A DNA stretch of 64,000 nucleotides from a virus (taxonomy: Duplodnaviria > Heunggongvirae > Uroviricota > Caudoviricetes). The stretch lies in IMG/VR virus record IMGVR_UViG_3300037471_000830, one strand, 5' to 3'. The notes beneath the pieces are model-generated. The model was given only the letters and a program-made list of their open reading frames with translations. It had not been told where the DNA came from and made no database searches. Both the position numbers and the translations under genes were made by a program. This document shows positions 19,480-29,478 of the stretch, one piece after another (within the stretch, counting starts at the first letter, position 1; the number at the start of each line of letters is the position of its first letter).

Positions 19480-20295
19480 ATGCAACTGAGCCCCAAAACC
19501 ATCGTCCGCAGCGCCATCGGTGGCGCTGCCGCCATCGTCGCGCTCAACCTCGCGATGGGCTCCTGGTTCATCACGCCGCCTGGTTATGTGTCCATCGTGA
19601 CCAACGCCGGCTCCGTGCAGTCCACGATCTACGAGGAGGGCTTGCACTTCAAGATGCCCTTCGTGGCGAAGGCTCACGACATCAACATCCAGGCGCTGAC
19701 CTACCAAAGCGCCGACGTGGATGCTGGTACGAAGGACTTGCAAGCGGTCAAGGCCAAGCTGGCGGTGCGCTACGTGGTGGACAAGCCCGACGCGCAGGAC
19801 GTGTACCGCAACTATCGCGACACGGAAACGCTGGTGTACCGCGTCCTGGGTCCGGCCGTCGAGGAGTCGTTCAAGGCCGTCGCCAGCAACTACAGCGCGG
19901 AGGAGCTGATCACCAAGCGCCAGGCCATGCGTGACGCCTTCATCGCCGCGCTGCGCACCAAGCTCAAGGACGGCTACATCAACGTGCAAGACGTGGCGGT
20001 CACGGACTTCGCGTTCGCCAAGGGCTACCAGGATGCGGTGGAAGCGAAGGTGACGGCCGAGCAGACCGCCAAGAAGGCCGAGCACGACCTCAACCGCATC
20101 CGTATCCAGGGCGAGCAGCGCGTGGCCCAGGCCGAAGCCGAAGCGAAGGCGATCAAGGCCCAGGCCGAAGCCATCACCAAGCAGGGCGGCGCGGAGTACG
20201 TCCAGCTCAAGTGGATCGAGAAGTGGAACGGCCAGCTTCCGCAGACCCAGCTCGGCGCCAACTCCAACATGCTGGTGAGCGTCGGCGCCAAGTAG
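19480..20295 (+). CDS. SPFH/band-7 (prohibitin/HflK-C-like) membrane protein
   Basis: N-terminal TM, SPFH core, long Ala/Glu/Lys coiled coil (AQAEAEAKAIKAQAEA) typical of band-7 proteins. Confidence 0.7.
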   Translation: MQLSPKTIVRSAIGGAAAIVALNLAMGSWFITPPGYVSIVTNAGSVQSTIYEEGLHFKMPFVAKAHDINIQALTYQSADVDAGTKDLQAVKAKLAVRYVVDKPDAQDVYRNYRDTETLVYRVLGPAVEESFKAVASNYSAEELITKRQAMRDAFIAALRTKLKDGYINVQDVAVTDFAFAKGYQDAVEAKVTAEQTAKKAEHDLNRIRIQGEQRVAQAEAEAKAIKAQAEAITKQGGAEYVQLKWIEKWNGQLPQTQLGANSNMLVSVGAK

Positions 20296-20411
20296 TAAGT
20301 CACGACTGAGAGCTAGGGCTTCGGCCCCGACTTTATCACGCAAGTCACAGTCCAACGACCGAGACTTCATGACGAAACCCTTTTCCAACCACAACAGAGG
20401 ATCACTCGCAA

Positions 20412-20846
20412 ATGGCTGACTTCAAGAAGATCACTGGCTTCCAGACCCCCGATGGCGTTGTCCACGACACCGAGAAGCAGGCGACGGAGCACGTCAAGAA
20501 CATCAAGATCAAGGCGGCTCTGAAGGACTTCGCCGAGACCGCCGATCTGCCCGGCGTCGAGGGTCACGATGCGGTTCACAGCGCCGACCTGGCCGAGTTC
20601 CTGTTCGCCAACAAGGACGCCATCGCCGCTGCCTTCAACCCCGAAATCCGCACGCGCGCGCCGCGCAAGGACAAGGGCGCCAAGCGCACGAAGAAGGACA
20701 CGCCGACGACCACGGACGTGACCGAAACCGCCACGCCGGAAGTGCCCACCGAGCCCGTGCCCACCGAGACCACGGCGCCGGCCGCCACCGAGGTCGATGA
20801 GCTGGACGCCCTGGCCGCCGAACTCGACAGCGCCATCGCCGGCTAG
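20412..20846 (+). CDS. hypothetical acidic protein
   Basis: ORF track; motif palindrome upstream. Confidence 0.5.
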   Translation: MADFKKITGFQTPDGVVHDTEKQATEHVKNIKIKAALKDFAETADLPGVEGHDAVHSADLAEFLFANKDAIAAAFNPEIRTRAPRKDKGAKRTKKDTPTTTDVTETATPEVPTEPVPTETTAPAATEVDELDALAAELDSAIAG

Positions 20847-20910
20847 TCCCTTCCGTCAACCGTCAAGGGCGCCGAGATGGCGCCCCTTCAAGTAGCTCCT
20901 GGAGAGAGTT

Positions 20911-21174
20911 TTGGAATACGCCAACCTGCAAGCCCGCGTCCTGACCTCGGACGAGAACGATCCTGAAATCAAGCTCACGGATCGCGGGTTGCAACAAGTC
21001 GCCATCACGGGCGGCTCCGAAGGAAACATCCACCTGCACCTGGACACCATCGCCATCGAGGGCGTGAAGTTCAACGCCACGCTCCAGATCAACGTGCTGG
21101 AGCTGATGGGTGTGCTGCTGGACGTGAAGAACATGAGCGGCGTCAAGGCGCTGCTGGAGGAAGACAAGCAATGA
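20911..21174 (+). CDS. hypothetical protein
   Basis: ORF track; ATGA coupling to thyX. Confidence 0.45.
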   Translation: MEYANLQARVLTSDENDPEIKLTDRGLQQVAITGGSEGNIHLHLDTIAIEGVKFNATLQINVLELMGVLLDVKNMSGVKALLEEDKQ

Positions 21175-22010
21175 GCGGCTTCCAAGCCATCGTCATCGAG
21201 GACAGCGTGAGCGAGCAGGGCGCTCGTCTGACCACGCTGCAACTGCGGTATCCCCGCTTCATCCATGCGGAGTTCATGACGCATCGGGTCTTTTCCCGAA
21301 ACGCCAGCTCCAGCCGCGCCATCCCGGTCGCCAAGATGATCGAGCAAGTGCGCAACGAGCCCGCCATGCCGGTGCATTGGGGCAAGAACATGCCCGGGAT
21401 GCAGGCGAAGGAGGAGCTGGACGGTCTGCCATTGGCGCTGGTCAAGGACGCCTGGTTCGCTGCTGCGCAAAACGCGGCGAACGCGGCCGAGTTCCTGATG
21501 AACCGAGGCGCTCACAAGCAGATCGCCAACCGGCTGCTGGAAAGTTTTCAGTGGATCAGCGTGGTCGTGACGGCGACGGAGTGGGCCAACTTCTTCGAGC
21601 TCCGAGACCACCCCGACGCGCAGCCGGAAATCCAGCACCTTGCCAAGCTCATGCGCGCGGCGATGGACGGCAGCAAGCCCGCTCTGCGCAAGCGTGACCG
21701 GCTCAACGCCTTCGCTTGGCACCTGCCCTACGTGTCACTGGAGGAGCGCATCGCCTTCATGGAGAAGCCGCCGCTGCTCGCCAAAGCCAGTGCCGCGCGC
21801 TCTGCCCGCGTGTCCTACCTGAAGCACGACGGCACCAATCCGAGCATCGAGGACGACCTGAAGCTCTACGAGCGCCTGGTTGGCAGCCGTCCGCTGCACG
21901 CCAGCCCGGTCGAGCACCAGGGCTATCCGCTGCCGCTGGCGAACCAGTGGGACAAGAACTTCAAGGGCTGGCGTCAGCACCGCAGCCTGGTTGAACAGGA
22001 GATTTTCTGA
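21171..22010 (+). CDS. thyX: flavin-dependent thymidylate synthase
   Basis: ThyX signature RHR....S.SSR (MTHRVFSRNASSSRAIP) and overall ThyX-like length. Confidence 0.8.
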   Translation: MSGFQAIVIEDSVSEQGARLTTLQLRYPRFIHAEFMTHRVFSRNASSSRAIPVAKMIEQVRNEPAMPVHWGKNMPGMQAKEELDGLPLALVKDAWFAAAQNAANAAEFLMNRGAHKQIANRLLESFQWISVVVTATEWANFFELRDHPDAQPEIQHLAKLMRAAMDGSKPALRKRDRLNAFAWHLPYVSLEERIAFMEKPPLLAKASAARSARVSYLKHDGTNPSIEDDLKLYERLVGSRPLHASPVEHQGYPLPLANQWDKNFKGWRQHRSLVEQEIF

Positions 22011-22195
22011 TGCCTAAGCTCCGCGTCACCATCACCGCCGTCGTCGAGTACGACGCAGATGCCAAGAATTACCCGGGCTGCGTCACGCCCGAGGAAATGC
22101 TGGCTGCGGACCTGAAGAACGCCGACGAGGACACCTTCACCTTTCTGGGAGGCGCGACCGAGTGGAAGATCGCCGGCGAGGTCGTGAAGGACTGA
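22010..22195 (+). CDS. hypothetical small protein
   Basis: ORF track; ATGA coupling both sides. Confidence 0.45.
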   Translation: MPKLRVTITAVVEYDADAKNYPGCVTPEEMLAADLKNADEDTFTFLGGATEWKIAGEVVKD

Positions 22196-22455
22196 TGAGC
22201 ATGGACCTGCTTCTCCAGATCAACACCTTCGTCACGCTGGCGATCACGGGCATGTGGATCGTCTTCCTGGTGCTCAACAACGACAGCATCGAGGACCGCG
22301 CCGTGGCTTGGCTGCTGTTCCTGTGCGTCATGCCGGTGGTCAACGCCTTCTTCCTGGCGGGCACGCTCGCCCTCCTGGGCTGGGGCATTTGGCACGAAGC
22401 CAGCCACAAGCTGCGCCTGTGGCATCTGCGGCGCAAGCAGCGCAAAGCCGCCTGA
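22195..22455 (+). CDS. small membrane protein (2-3 TM helices)
   Basis: hydrophobic helices; ATG 22195 overlapping previous stop. Confidence 0.5.
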   Translation: MSMDLLLQINTFVTLAITGMWIVFLVLNNDSIEDRAVAWLLFLCVMPVVNAFFLAGTLALLGWGIWHEASHKLRLWHLRRKQRKAA

Positions 22456-22531
22456 TTTCTTTCCTGAGTAGGTCAGTCAATGCTGACCTACTCTTAAACC
22501 ATCGCAACCAATAGCCGAGAGGACACAAACC

Positions 22532-23227
22532 ATGAACTTCAACGACTTCCAGCCGCTCGCGCTGAAGACCGAATCCAAGCCCGAGACCATCAAGGCCGCG
22601 CCGGCGACGCTGCTGACGCTGCTGGGCGTGGCGGTGTCCGCCGCCAACATGCTTGACCTCGCCAAGAAGGCGATCTTCTACGGCAAGCCCTTCAAGGCGG
22701 AGGAGTTCGGCGCACACGTCCTGGGCTCGGCCAACGCCCTGTACTTCCTGGCCGACATCGCCAACAAGGCGACCAGCGAGGAAGCTATGGGCGACTTCCT
22801 CACCGACCGCCAGTTCGAGGACGCGCTGCTCGCGGACATGAAGGGTAAGGAGGGCCACAACCAGCAGGGCATCGCGTTTCTTCAGACCCTGGACCCCTCC
22901 AAGCTCAATGTGCGGCTGCTGCATGCAGCCATCGGCAAGGTCACGGAGTCCGGCGAGTTCCTGGACGCGATCATGAAGGCGTGGATTCAGGGCGTGGAGC
23001 CGGATCGCGTCAACCTGGGCGAAGAAATCGCCGATGGGTCCTGGTACGACGCCATCGCCTGCGACGAACTGAAGCTGGACATGGGCACGCTGCTGGACAC
23101 CGTGATCGCCAAGCTCAAGGCCCGCTACGGCGACAAGTTCGACTCCGACAAGTCGGAACAGCGCAACCTGGACGCCGAGCGCGCGGTGCTGGAAGCCGGC
23201 ATCGAGGCAAAGGCGGAGGTTCTGTGA
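22532..23227 (+). CDS. mazG: MazG-like nucleoside triphosphate pyrophosphohydrolase
   Basis: all-alpha NTP-PPase motif EEIADGSWYDAIAC..L..V..KL..RY; typical phage auxiliary gene. Confidence 0.6.
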   Translation: MNFNDFQPLALKTESKPETIKAAPATLLTLLGVAVSAANMLDLAKKAIFYGKPFKAEEFGAHVLGSANALYFLADIANKATSEEAMGDFLTDRQFEDALLADMKGKEGHNQQGIAFLQTLDPSKLNVRLLHAAIGKVTESGEFLDAIMKAWIQGVEPDRVNLGEEIADGSWYDAIACDELKLDMGTLLDTVIAKLKARYGDKFDSDKSEQRNLDAERAVLEAGIEAKAEVL

Positions 23228-23484
23228 TGTTTGCCGACCCCACCTTTACCGTCGCCTGTGTCCTGGCGCTGATCGCGCTGGTCCTGCACACCATCGCCAT
23301 GAGCAGTTATCGCCGGCGCATCAAGCACTGGAGCGAGCGATTGGACCGTGCCCACCGGATGCTGGACGAGTCCCGTGCCCGCGAGGGCGTCTGGAAAGGC
23401 ATCTGCAAGGACGCGCTGGCTATCCTGCGCGAGTCCAACGACAACCTGGCTGCACTGGCCGCTGGCAAGGGGAAGCAGCAATGA
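23227..23484 (+). CDS. small membrane-anchored protein
   Basis: N-terminal TM (FTVACVLALIALVLHTIAM); start-stop coupling. Confidence 0.45.
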   Translation: MFADPTFTVACVLALIALVLHTIAMSSYRRRIKHWSERLDRAHRMLDESRAREGVWKGICKDALAILRESNDNLAALAAGKGKQQ

Positions 23485-24110
23485 TGGTCGCCCTGGCAGG
23501 CGCGCACCGCACGGGCAAGACCACACTGGCCCGTGAGTACGCAGCCAAGCACGGGGCGAGGTTCATGGAGACCCCGGTCTCCTTGATCTTCAAGGAGCTT
23601 GGCTACGACCCAGCGCAGAAGTTCGACTTCCCGACCCGCCTGATGATCCAGGAGGAAATCCTCAAGCGCCTGGACGCCATGTACCGCGATGTGGACCCGC
23701 GCGTGCTGACGATCACTGACCGCTCGCCACTCGACATGCTCGCGTACACCCTGGGCGAGTGCAGTGGCGCTGCTGTGGGCGATTCTGAGCAGTCCCGACT
23801 GCGGTCCTACATCGACCGCTGCTTCGAGGTCTGCAACATGCGCTTCTCCACGGTGGTTGTGGTGCAGCCTGGTATCGAGCTGGTGGAGCAGGAGGGCAAG
23901 GCCGTCGCCAACCCCGCCTACATCGAGCAGTTGAACACGCTCATCCTCGGTCTGACGGTGGGTGGTCGCCTGAAGGTCGCCCACTACTACGTTCCACGGC
24001 GCGTCACGTCGCTGGCGGATCGCATCAAGACCCTGGACTACGCCATCGGCAAGACCCGGTTCGACGCCCAGCAGGCGATGCTTTGCGACCGCGAGGTCGT
24101 CATCCAGTAA
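23481..24110 (+). CDS. P-loop nucleoside/nucleotide kinase-like protein (putative dNMP kinase)
   Basis: Walker A AGAHRTGKTTLA, DRSPLD motif reminiscent of dNK/dNMP kinase family; in nucleotide metabolism block. Confidence 0.5.
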   Translation: MMVALAGAHRTGKTTLAREYAAKHGARFMETPVSLIFKELGYDPAQKFDFPTRLMIQEEILKRLDAMYRDVDPRVLTITDRSPLDMLAYTLGECSGAAVGDSEQSRLRSYIDRCFEVCNMRFSTVVVVQPGIELVEQEGKAVANPAYIEQLNTLILGLTVGGRLKVAHYYVPRRVTSLADRIKTLDYAIGKTRFDAQQAMLCDREVVIQ

Positions 24111-24212
24111 GTCTGGAAAGGGGGTCAGGCAACCAGTTCGGAGCGACTGGTTTGTCCTGATCCCGGTGCTGACAATTCATGTCAGCGGGCAGGTCGCCCA
24201 CATGGAGAACAC

Positions 24213-24617
24213 ATGCCGGATTTTCCGAGTCTGCGGGAAGAACTGGACCGCAAGTCGTCCGAAGCGATGGAATGGCTGATCGGTTCCTGCGAGAAGGGAT
24301 TGATTTCTGAGGCGCAGTTTTCGACCGGCGTCGATGTGCTTTGGCTGGCCCTGGCGGGGCTGGTCAAAAAGGAATTTGTGGAGCTTGTCACCCAGGCAAC
24401 GGAATTGGCCCTGGACGCAGACAAGCGAGTATCCAAGACCCTGGTCAACGCAACGGGCAGCACGCTTCTGGTCGTTCGCTGGACGCCCGGTCAGGCGAAC
24501 GTGGAAATCATCACCGCAGACAAGTCCAAGACCGTGACTGCGGACCCCCATCAAGTTTTGGCAACGGTGAAGGGCCTGCTGGACCGCTTCACCGCTGCTG
24601 GCTACAAGGAAGTCTAG
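24213..24617 (+). CDS. hypothetical protein
   Basis: ORF track. Confidence 0.5.
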   Translation: MPDFPSLREELDRKSSEAMEWLIGSCEKGLISEAQFSTGVDVLWLALAGLVKKEFVELVTQATELALDADKRVSKTLVNATGSTLLVVRWTPGQANVEIITADKSKTVTADPHQVLATVKGLLDRFTAAGYKEV

Positions 24618-24655
24618 GAACTTCCGAAACATCACTCACTACTGAAGGAAAGAGA

Positions 24656-25492
24656 ATGAGCAAAGTCCAATGCCCCGTGGTTCGCGTGACCGCCGAGCGC
24701 GCCCGCTATCCCGGCTGGGCGACCGTGGAGGTTGGCGCCCTGGGCAAAGCCTTTGAAGCAGTCACTGGCACGTTCAAGGTCGGCGACCTGGCGGTGTACG
24801 TCCCCAGCGGCCAGGCAATCGGGCTGGGCAAGGGCGTGAGCCGCGAAATCATCGGCACCCAGGGTACGGCGACGGATCGCTTCTTGGTGCCGGGCCTGAC
24901 CACCGAGGGCGGGCTGATCCTGTCCAAGATGATCCAGATCGCGCCTGACTTCTCGGCGGGCTCGCTGGCCCACTTCGCGGAAGGCGACGACGCCGGCGAG
25001 TTCCTGGGCATCGCGACGAAGGAGCGGTTCACCGAGAAGGCGGTCAAGGCCGCGGTCCAGGCCACCGCCGACTGGCCGTTCCCGACCGACCGCAAGACCA
25101 AGGCTGACACGCCCAAGCCGCCCGCGAACGAGGACGCCAACAAGGTCGCCGCCATGCCGCTGGCTCAGGAGCTCAAGGAGATTGCGGCCAAAGCCGATCG
25201 CGAGAAAGAGGAGCTGATCAACAAGAACTGGAAGGTGACGGTCGAGAAGCTTGCCGACATCCTGCGCATGGCCGCTCAGCGCCAGCAGAGCCTGGTGTCG
25301 GTGGATGTCGCCGGCGCGCGTGTTCTCAGCCGCCTCAGCGATTGGGCCAAGAGCCAGGGCTTGATGACCTCCACGTCCGCAAGCAGCGTCTGGAAAGGTG
25401 GTGCGCTGGTGTGCCTGACGTGGAACATCGGCGGCATTCTCGGCACGCCGGCCACTTCGATTCGCATCACCGAAGAAGGTCGCCTGATCTGA
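24656..25492 (+). CDS. hypothetical protein
   Basis: ATG 24656 following CACTCACTACTGAAGGA motif plus RBS; ORF track 24341..25492. Confidence 0.55.
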   Translation: MSKVQCPVVRVTAERARYPGWATVEVGALGKAFEAVTGTFKVGDLAVYVPSGQAIGLGKGVSREIIGTQGTATDRFLVPGLTTEGGLILSKMIQIAPDFSAGSLAHFAEGDDAGEFLGIATKERFTEKAVKAAVQATADWPFPTDRKTKADTPKPPANEDANKVAAMPLAQELKEIAAKADREKEELINKNWKVTVEKLADILRMAAQRQQSLVSVDVAGARVLSRLSDWAKSQGLMTSTSASSVWKGGALVCLTWNIGGILGTPATSIRITEEGRLI

Positions 25493-25555
25493 CCCTTGCA
25501 TATCCTATCGTCAGTGCTGACAATCAGTCAGTGCTGACGATCTATAAGGAGCATC

Positions 25556-26092
25556 ATGAAAATCGCAGGGCTCGACCTGGAAACCACCGGGTTCGACGCA
25601 TCCACCGGGGACCGCATCGTCGAAGTGGCACTGGTCACTTGCACGATGGACGAGCATGGCCGCCTTACGCCGGTCGATGAGTACGTCCGGCGCGTGAACC
25701 CCGAGCGTCCCATTCCCGCCGAAGCCACCAACGTCCACGGGATCACCTACGAGCAGGTTGCCGCCTGTCCGAAGTGGATCGCGGTAGCGCCCGAGGTCCA
25801 GCGCCGGCTGCGGGGCCTCGACAAGATCATCATCCACAACGAGGACTTCGACGCCCCGTTCCTGGCGCATGAGCTGTTGCGGATGGAACTGGAGCTGCCC
25901 GAGGTCCAGACCTACTGCACGATGAAGAACGCCAGGTGGGCCACCTACGATGGCAAGTTCCCCAACCTTGGTGAGCTGGCTTTCGCCCTGGGCGTGGAGT
26001 TCGACCCGAGCAAGGCGCACGGTGCGGAGTACGACGTTCTGAAAATGCTGGAGTGCTACGCAGAAGGGCGGCGGAGGGGCTTCTATGAATGA
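25556..26092 (+). CDS. dnaQ: DnaQ-like 3'-5' proofreading exonuclease (DEDDh)
   Basis: Exo I LDLETTG, Exo II HNEDFDAPFL, Exo III HGAEYD motifs. Confidence 0.8.
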   Translation: MKIAGLDLETTGFDASTGDRIVEVALVTCTMDEHGRLTPVDEYVRRVNPERPIPAEATNVHGITYEQVAACPKWIAVAPEVQRRLRGLDKIIIHNEDFDAPFLAHELLRMELELPEVQTYCTMKNARWATYDGKFPNLGELAFALGVEFDPSKAHGAEYDVLKMLECYAEGRRRGFYE

Positions 26093-26444
26093 GAACCAGG
26101 CGCCGATTACGGTGGAGCTCGAACTGAAGCGGGCGTGGTTTCCGCACGAAGGCGGCATGGTCCTGGAGAAGACCTTCGTCAATCCCAATCGCCTGCATTC
26201 GCTGTGGCTGGGCCTGACCTTCCCGATCATCCATCTGCCGTTCGCGTTGTGGCACATGCTCTTGGTGCCGCTGTTCTTCCTGGTCCTGAACCTGCTGCTG
26301 TGGATGCCGAACTTCTGGCTCTATGGACTGGCGGGTTGGGCGCATGGTTGGAAGAACCCGGACGGCATCAACCTGAACGACCCGCAGTCCATCGCTGAGT
26401 GGGCGCAGAAAAAGGCGGCAGAGAAGCAAGGCGACGCTTCCTAA
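26085..26444 (+). CDS. hypothetical membrane protein
   Basis: hydrophobic helices; ATGA overlap with dnaQ-like gene. Confidence 0.5.
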   Translation: MNENQAPITVELELKRAWFPHEGGMVLEKTFVNPNRLHSLWLGLTFPIIHLPFALWHMLLVPLFFLVLNLLLWMPNFWLYGLAGWAHGWKNPDGINLNDPQSIAEWAQKKAAEKQGDAS

Positions 26445-26514
26445 ACTCAGTCAATAGTGAGATACTTGCATGGCGGTCAGGATGGTCGCCATGCCTCAAA
26501 ACAGGAGATGAACC

Positions 26515-26727
26515 ATGCCTAAGTACGAAGCCTGGAAGACAAGCGGTGGCCGTGAAGGCGTTCAGCGCACGCTGGATTCCAGTGACGCCGCAGACCGCGC
26601 CTTTCTTGAGAGTATGTCCGAAGCCGCCGCAATGTTTGGCGGCGAGCCTGTGTCGGCAGAGAAGGCCAACCGCATTGGAATTCGTCGCGTGATCAGCTCT
26701 AAGAACATTTGCGTGGAGCGCGAGTGA
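26515..26727 (+). CDS. hypothetical small protein
   Basis: ORF track; RBS AGGAGATG. Confidence 0.4.
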   Translation: MPKYEAWKTSGGREGVQRTLDSSDAADRAFLESMSEAAAMFGGEPVSAEKANRIGIRRVISSKNICVERE

Positions 26728-26975
26728 TGTTTTGGCCGTTCAGGAGCAAGCCGAAACAGACGTTCGAGGAAATGATCGCCGACAAGCCTGAGCCTGCTTG
26801 CGGAAAGAAAGTGTTCCATTACGAGTGGACAGAGTTGCAAGGCATGAGTTGCCCGATCTGCCACGCTCGTAAGGAAAAGGAACGCAAGGACCGCGAGCGA
26901 GAAGTCCTGGCAGAAACAATCGCCAGCGCTGTTATTCGCAAGCTCCAGGAAAAGAACCAGGATTTGCGACCGTAA
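26727..26975 (+). CDS. hypothetical small protein with CxxC...CxxC
   Basis: ATG 26727 coupled to previous stop; ORF 26709..26975. Confidence 0.4.
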   Translation: MFWPFRSKPKQTFEEMIADKPEPACGKKVFHYEWTELQGMSCPICHARKEKERKDREREVLAETIASAVIRKLQEKNQDLRP

Positions 26976-27038
26976 ACTAAGTCACTCCTGAGTTCTGGTG
27001 TGACCATTCAAGGGTTGAATCTGCTTTGAGAGGAGATT

Positions 27039-27227
27039 GTGAGCGAAGCCCCCGTCCTGACATTGCAACAGGAGCGCGAAATGCGCTACCACGAGGCGGC
27101 AATTGCCGTTGAGGAAGCAAGAAAAGCTTTGGATGAGGCCAAAGACTCATCCGTAGAAAAGAACAACGCGGCCCGAGAAGCCTATTTGAAGGCTGTGACC
27201 GCATATCACCGCACCAGGATTTACTAG
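27039..27227 (+). CDS. hypothetical small protein
   Basis: ORF track; GTG start. Confidence 0.35.
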   Translation: MSEAPVLTLQQEREMRYHEAAIAVEEARKALDEAKDSSVEKNNAAREAYLKAVTAYHRTRIY

Positions 27228-27241
27228 AGAAGGAGAAACGC

Positions 27242-27487
27242 ATGGAAGTGTTCAAGAAAGCCTATTCGCGTGCCCGCGCCCATATCCGTCGCGCCGAGTG
27301 GATTCAGCGCAATTTCAAGGCGCTCATTTGGCACGTCGGCACGGTGGCTGCGCTGCTGATGATGATCGTGGCGCTCAAGAACAAGGAATGGGAACTGGCG
27401 GGCGCCTACGGCTGGGCGATGACGCTGGAATATATCTGGACCGAATCGCGCCGTCCGAAGTCCGTCATCAAGGTCGTGGAGGTCTGA
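27242..27487 (+). CDS. small membrane protein
   Basis: ORF track; RBS GGAGAAACGCATG. Confidence 0.45.
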   Translation: MEVFKKAYSRARAHIRRAEWIQRNFKALIWHVGTVAALLMMIVALKNKEWELAGAYGWAMTLEYIWTESRRPKSVIKVVEV

Positions 27488-27488
27488 C

Positions 27489-28220
27489 GTGGCTGGTCCG
27501 AAACCCATCCCGCCGACCGTGACCGAGGAAGTCGGCTATGGCGGCACGACGCGCCAGGAGCTGAATCATCCCGCCTTCGGCAACATCATGGTCACGAAGC
27601 CGCAGGGCAACATTGGTGTGCTGCACGGCAGCGAGCTGAGGCACAGCTCCTGCGTGAAGATCACCATCTCCAACGCCAAGCTGGTGCGCGACCTGAGCAC
27701 CGACTGGCACCACTCGACGGACACGATCGTGGAAGTGGAGATGTCCGAAGCGCAGTGGGCAACCTTCATTTCCTCTATGGGCTATGGCGGTGGCGTGCCC
27801 TGCACGTTGGTCCACAAGCCGGAGGATGGCTTCAAGCTCCAGTGGGTGCCGTCCATCGAGCGCGTGGAGACCAGCCACGAGAAGTTCAGCCGCGAGATGC
27901 GCCGTGCCGTCCATGAGCGCCAGCAGGCCGTCAAGGACGGCGTGAAGCGCCTGCGCACGCTGCTGGAGACCGGCAAGCCCTCCATCAAGGAGCTGCGCGA
28001 AATCCTCAAGGCCCTGGAGAACAACCTGGACGGGATGCCGGGCACAGCGGCGTTCGTCATGGACTGCTTCCAGGAGGTCGTCGAGAAGGAGACCGAAGCG
28101 GCCAAGGTCGAGATTGAGGCGTTCGTCACCAACATGGCAATGCGTACCGGCATCAAGGCGCTGGCTGACGGGCACATGAACCTGCTGCCTGGCCCTGCGA
28201 AGAAGGAAGGTGAGAAATGA
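27489..28220 (+). CDS. hypothetical protein
   Basis: ORF track; GTG start 2 nt after previous stop. Confidence 0.55.
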   Translation: MAGPKPIPPTVTEEVGYGGTTRQELNHPAFGNIMVTKPQGNIGVLHGSELRHSSCVKITISNAKLVRDLSTDWHHSTDTIVEVEMSEAQWATFISSMGYGGGVPCTLVHKPEDGFKLQWVPSIERVETSHEKFSREMRRAVHERQQAVKDGVKRLRTLLETGKPSIKELREILKALENNLDGMPGTAAFVMDCFQEVVEKETEAAKVEIEAFVTNMAMRTGIKALADGHMNLLPGPAKKEGEK

Positions 28221-28567
28221 TCGAGAGCTTCATGGACGTGAAGGAGGGCGACGTTCTCGCTGAGGATCGTGGCCCTGGTCTTGGCGCCGCCCGGTGGGTG
28301 GAAGTCAGGGTAGTGAAAGTCACCGCCACGCAGATCAACTGCGGCCCGTATTCCAAGTTCCGTCGCAAGGACGGTTGGCAGCTTGGCGGTGGCTTGAATC
28401 CGCGCCGCCTGGCGCGGATCACCCCCGAGATTCGCCAGGCGCTCGATGACGAAAAGCTGCGCCTTTGGGGCAAGTACGGCGCGCAGCGTGACCTGGAGAA
28501 GCTGTCGCTGGAAGGGCTGAGAAAGGTCCGCGCCTTCGTGGAAGAACTGATCAAGGAGGAATCATGA
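28217..28567 (+). CDS. hypothetical protein
   Basis: ORF track; ATGA coupling. Confidence 0.5.
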   Translation: MIESFMDVKEGDVLAEDRGPGLGAARWVEVRVVKVTATQINCGPYSKFRRKDGWQLGGGLNPRRLARITPEIRQALDDEKLRLWGKYGAQRDLEKLSLEGLRKVRAFVEELIKEES

Positions 28568-28803
28568 AACGTCCTATTCACAAGGCGGGTGACACCGTTG
28601 TCCTCAACGACAAGGGCTTGGAGAACATCTTCGGCTCCAGCGTTGGCAAGAGCCATATGAAGACGCTGGAAATGAAGTTGACCTTCGTCGATCCAACTTC
28701 CATGACTGCCCCGGAGCCTTCGCATGTCGTGGAAGTGGACAACGAGGAAATCAACCAGTTCCTGCTCCATCACTGGTGTTTCGACGTGGTGAGGTCCGCA
28801 TGA
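28564..28803 (+). CDS. hypothetical protein
   Basis: ORF track; ATGA coupling. Confidence 0.45.
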   Translation: MKRPIHKAGDTVVLNDKGLENIFGSSVGKSHMKTLEMKLTFVDPTSMTAPEPSHVVEVDNEEINQFLLHHWCFDVVRSA

Positions 28804-29303
28804 GCCAGCTCTGGAGCATCACCGCTGTCCGGCCGCTCAAGAATCGCGAGCGCGTGCATACGACGGTCCACCTTGTTGCCCTGGGCGACACCGCAGACGA
28901 AGCCCTGGCGCGCGTCAAAGAGCACGACGACGGGCGTTCCTGCTGGTTCAGCAAGCCGTCACCGTGCGGCCCGGTGCAGACCACGGTCTATGGCACCTGG
29001 ACGCCGGCGCAGCTTGCGCAGGCCCGTGGCGAGCCGCTGCCCGAAGCCAAGCCCAAGAAGGAGCCCAAGCTCAGCACCAGGCCCCTTGGCGCTGCGCAGC
29101 GCGGCGTTCTGGAAGCCCTCAAGCGCAACGGCGGCAAGTGGCCCGCTGGCTGGGTATGGGATACCGAGTCCGGCACCTGCCGAGTCCTTGAGGGCTTGGC
29201 GCAGCGTTGCCTGGTGGACCGCGTGGACCGTGGCCCGAATGTTTGGCCGCTGTTCACCATCAACGCCAACGGCCTGGCCGAGCTGGAGAAGGGCAATGCC
29301 TGA
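28800..29303 (+). CDS. hypothetical protein
   Basis: ATG 28800 coupled to previous stop; ORF 28776..29303. Confidence 0.5.
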   Translation: MSQLWSITAVRPLKNRERVHTTVHLVALGDTADEALARVKEHDDGRSCWFSKPSPCGPVQTTVYGTWTPAQLAQARGEPLPEAKPKKEPKLSTRPLGAAQRGVLEALKRNGGKWPAGWVWDTESGTCRVLEGLAQRCLVDRVDRGPNVWPLFTINANGLAELEKGNA

Positions 29304-29478
29304 AGGCTGGCGGTTTCGCAGTGGCTTTAGCGGCACGCTGGTTCTTCAATGCGCCGACAGAAACACCTACGAGCCAACGATGGACGAGTGGCCGTGGATC
29401 AACTGGCATGACGCCAAGGTGGAAGACATGCATCGCTTTTTCGAGGCGTGTCAGGCGCTCAAAGGAGAAAAGTCATGA
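29296..29478 (+). CDS. hypothetical small protein
   Basis: in-frame ATG 29296 in ORF 28873..29478. Confidence 0.35.
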   Translation: MPEGWRFRSGFSGTLVLQCADRNTYEPTMDEWPWINWHDAKVEDMHRFFEACQALKGEKS

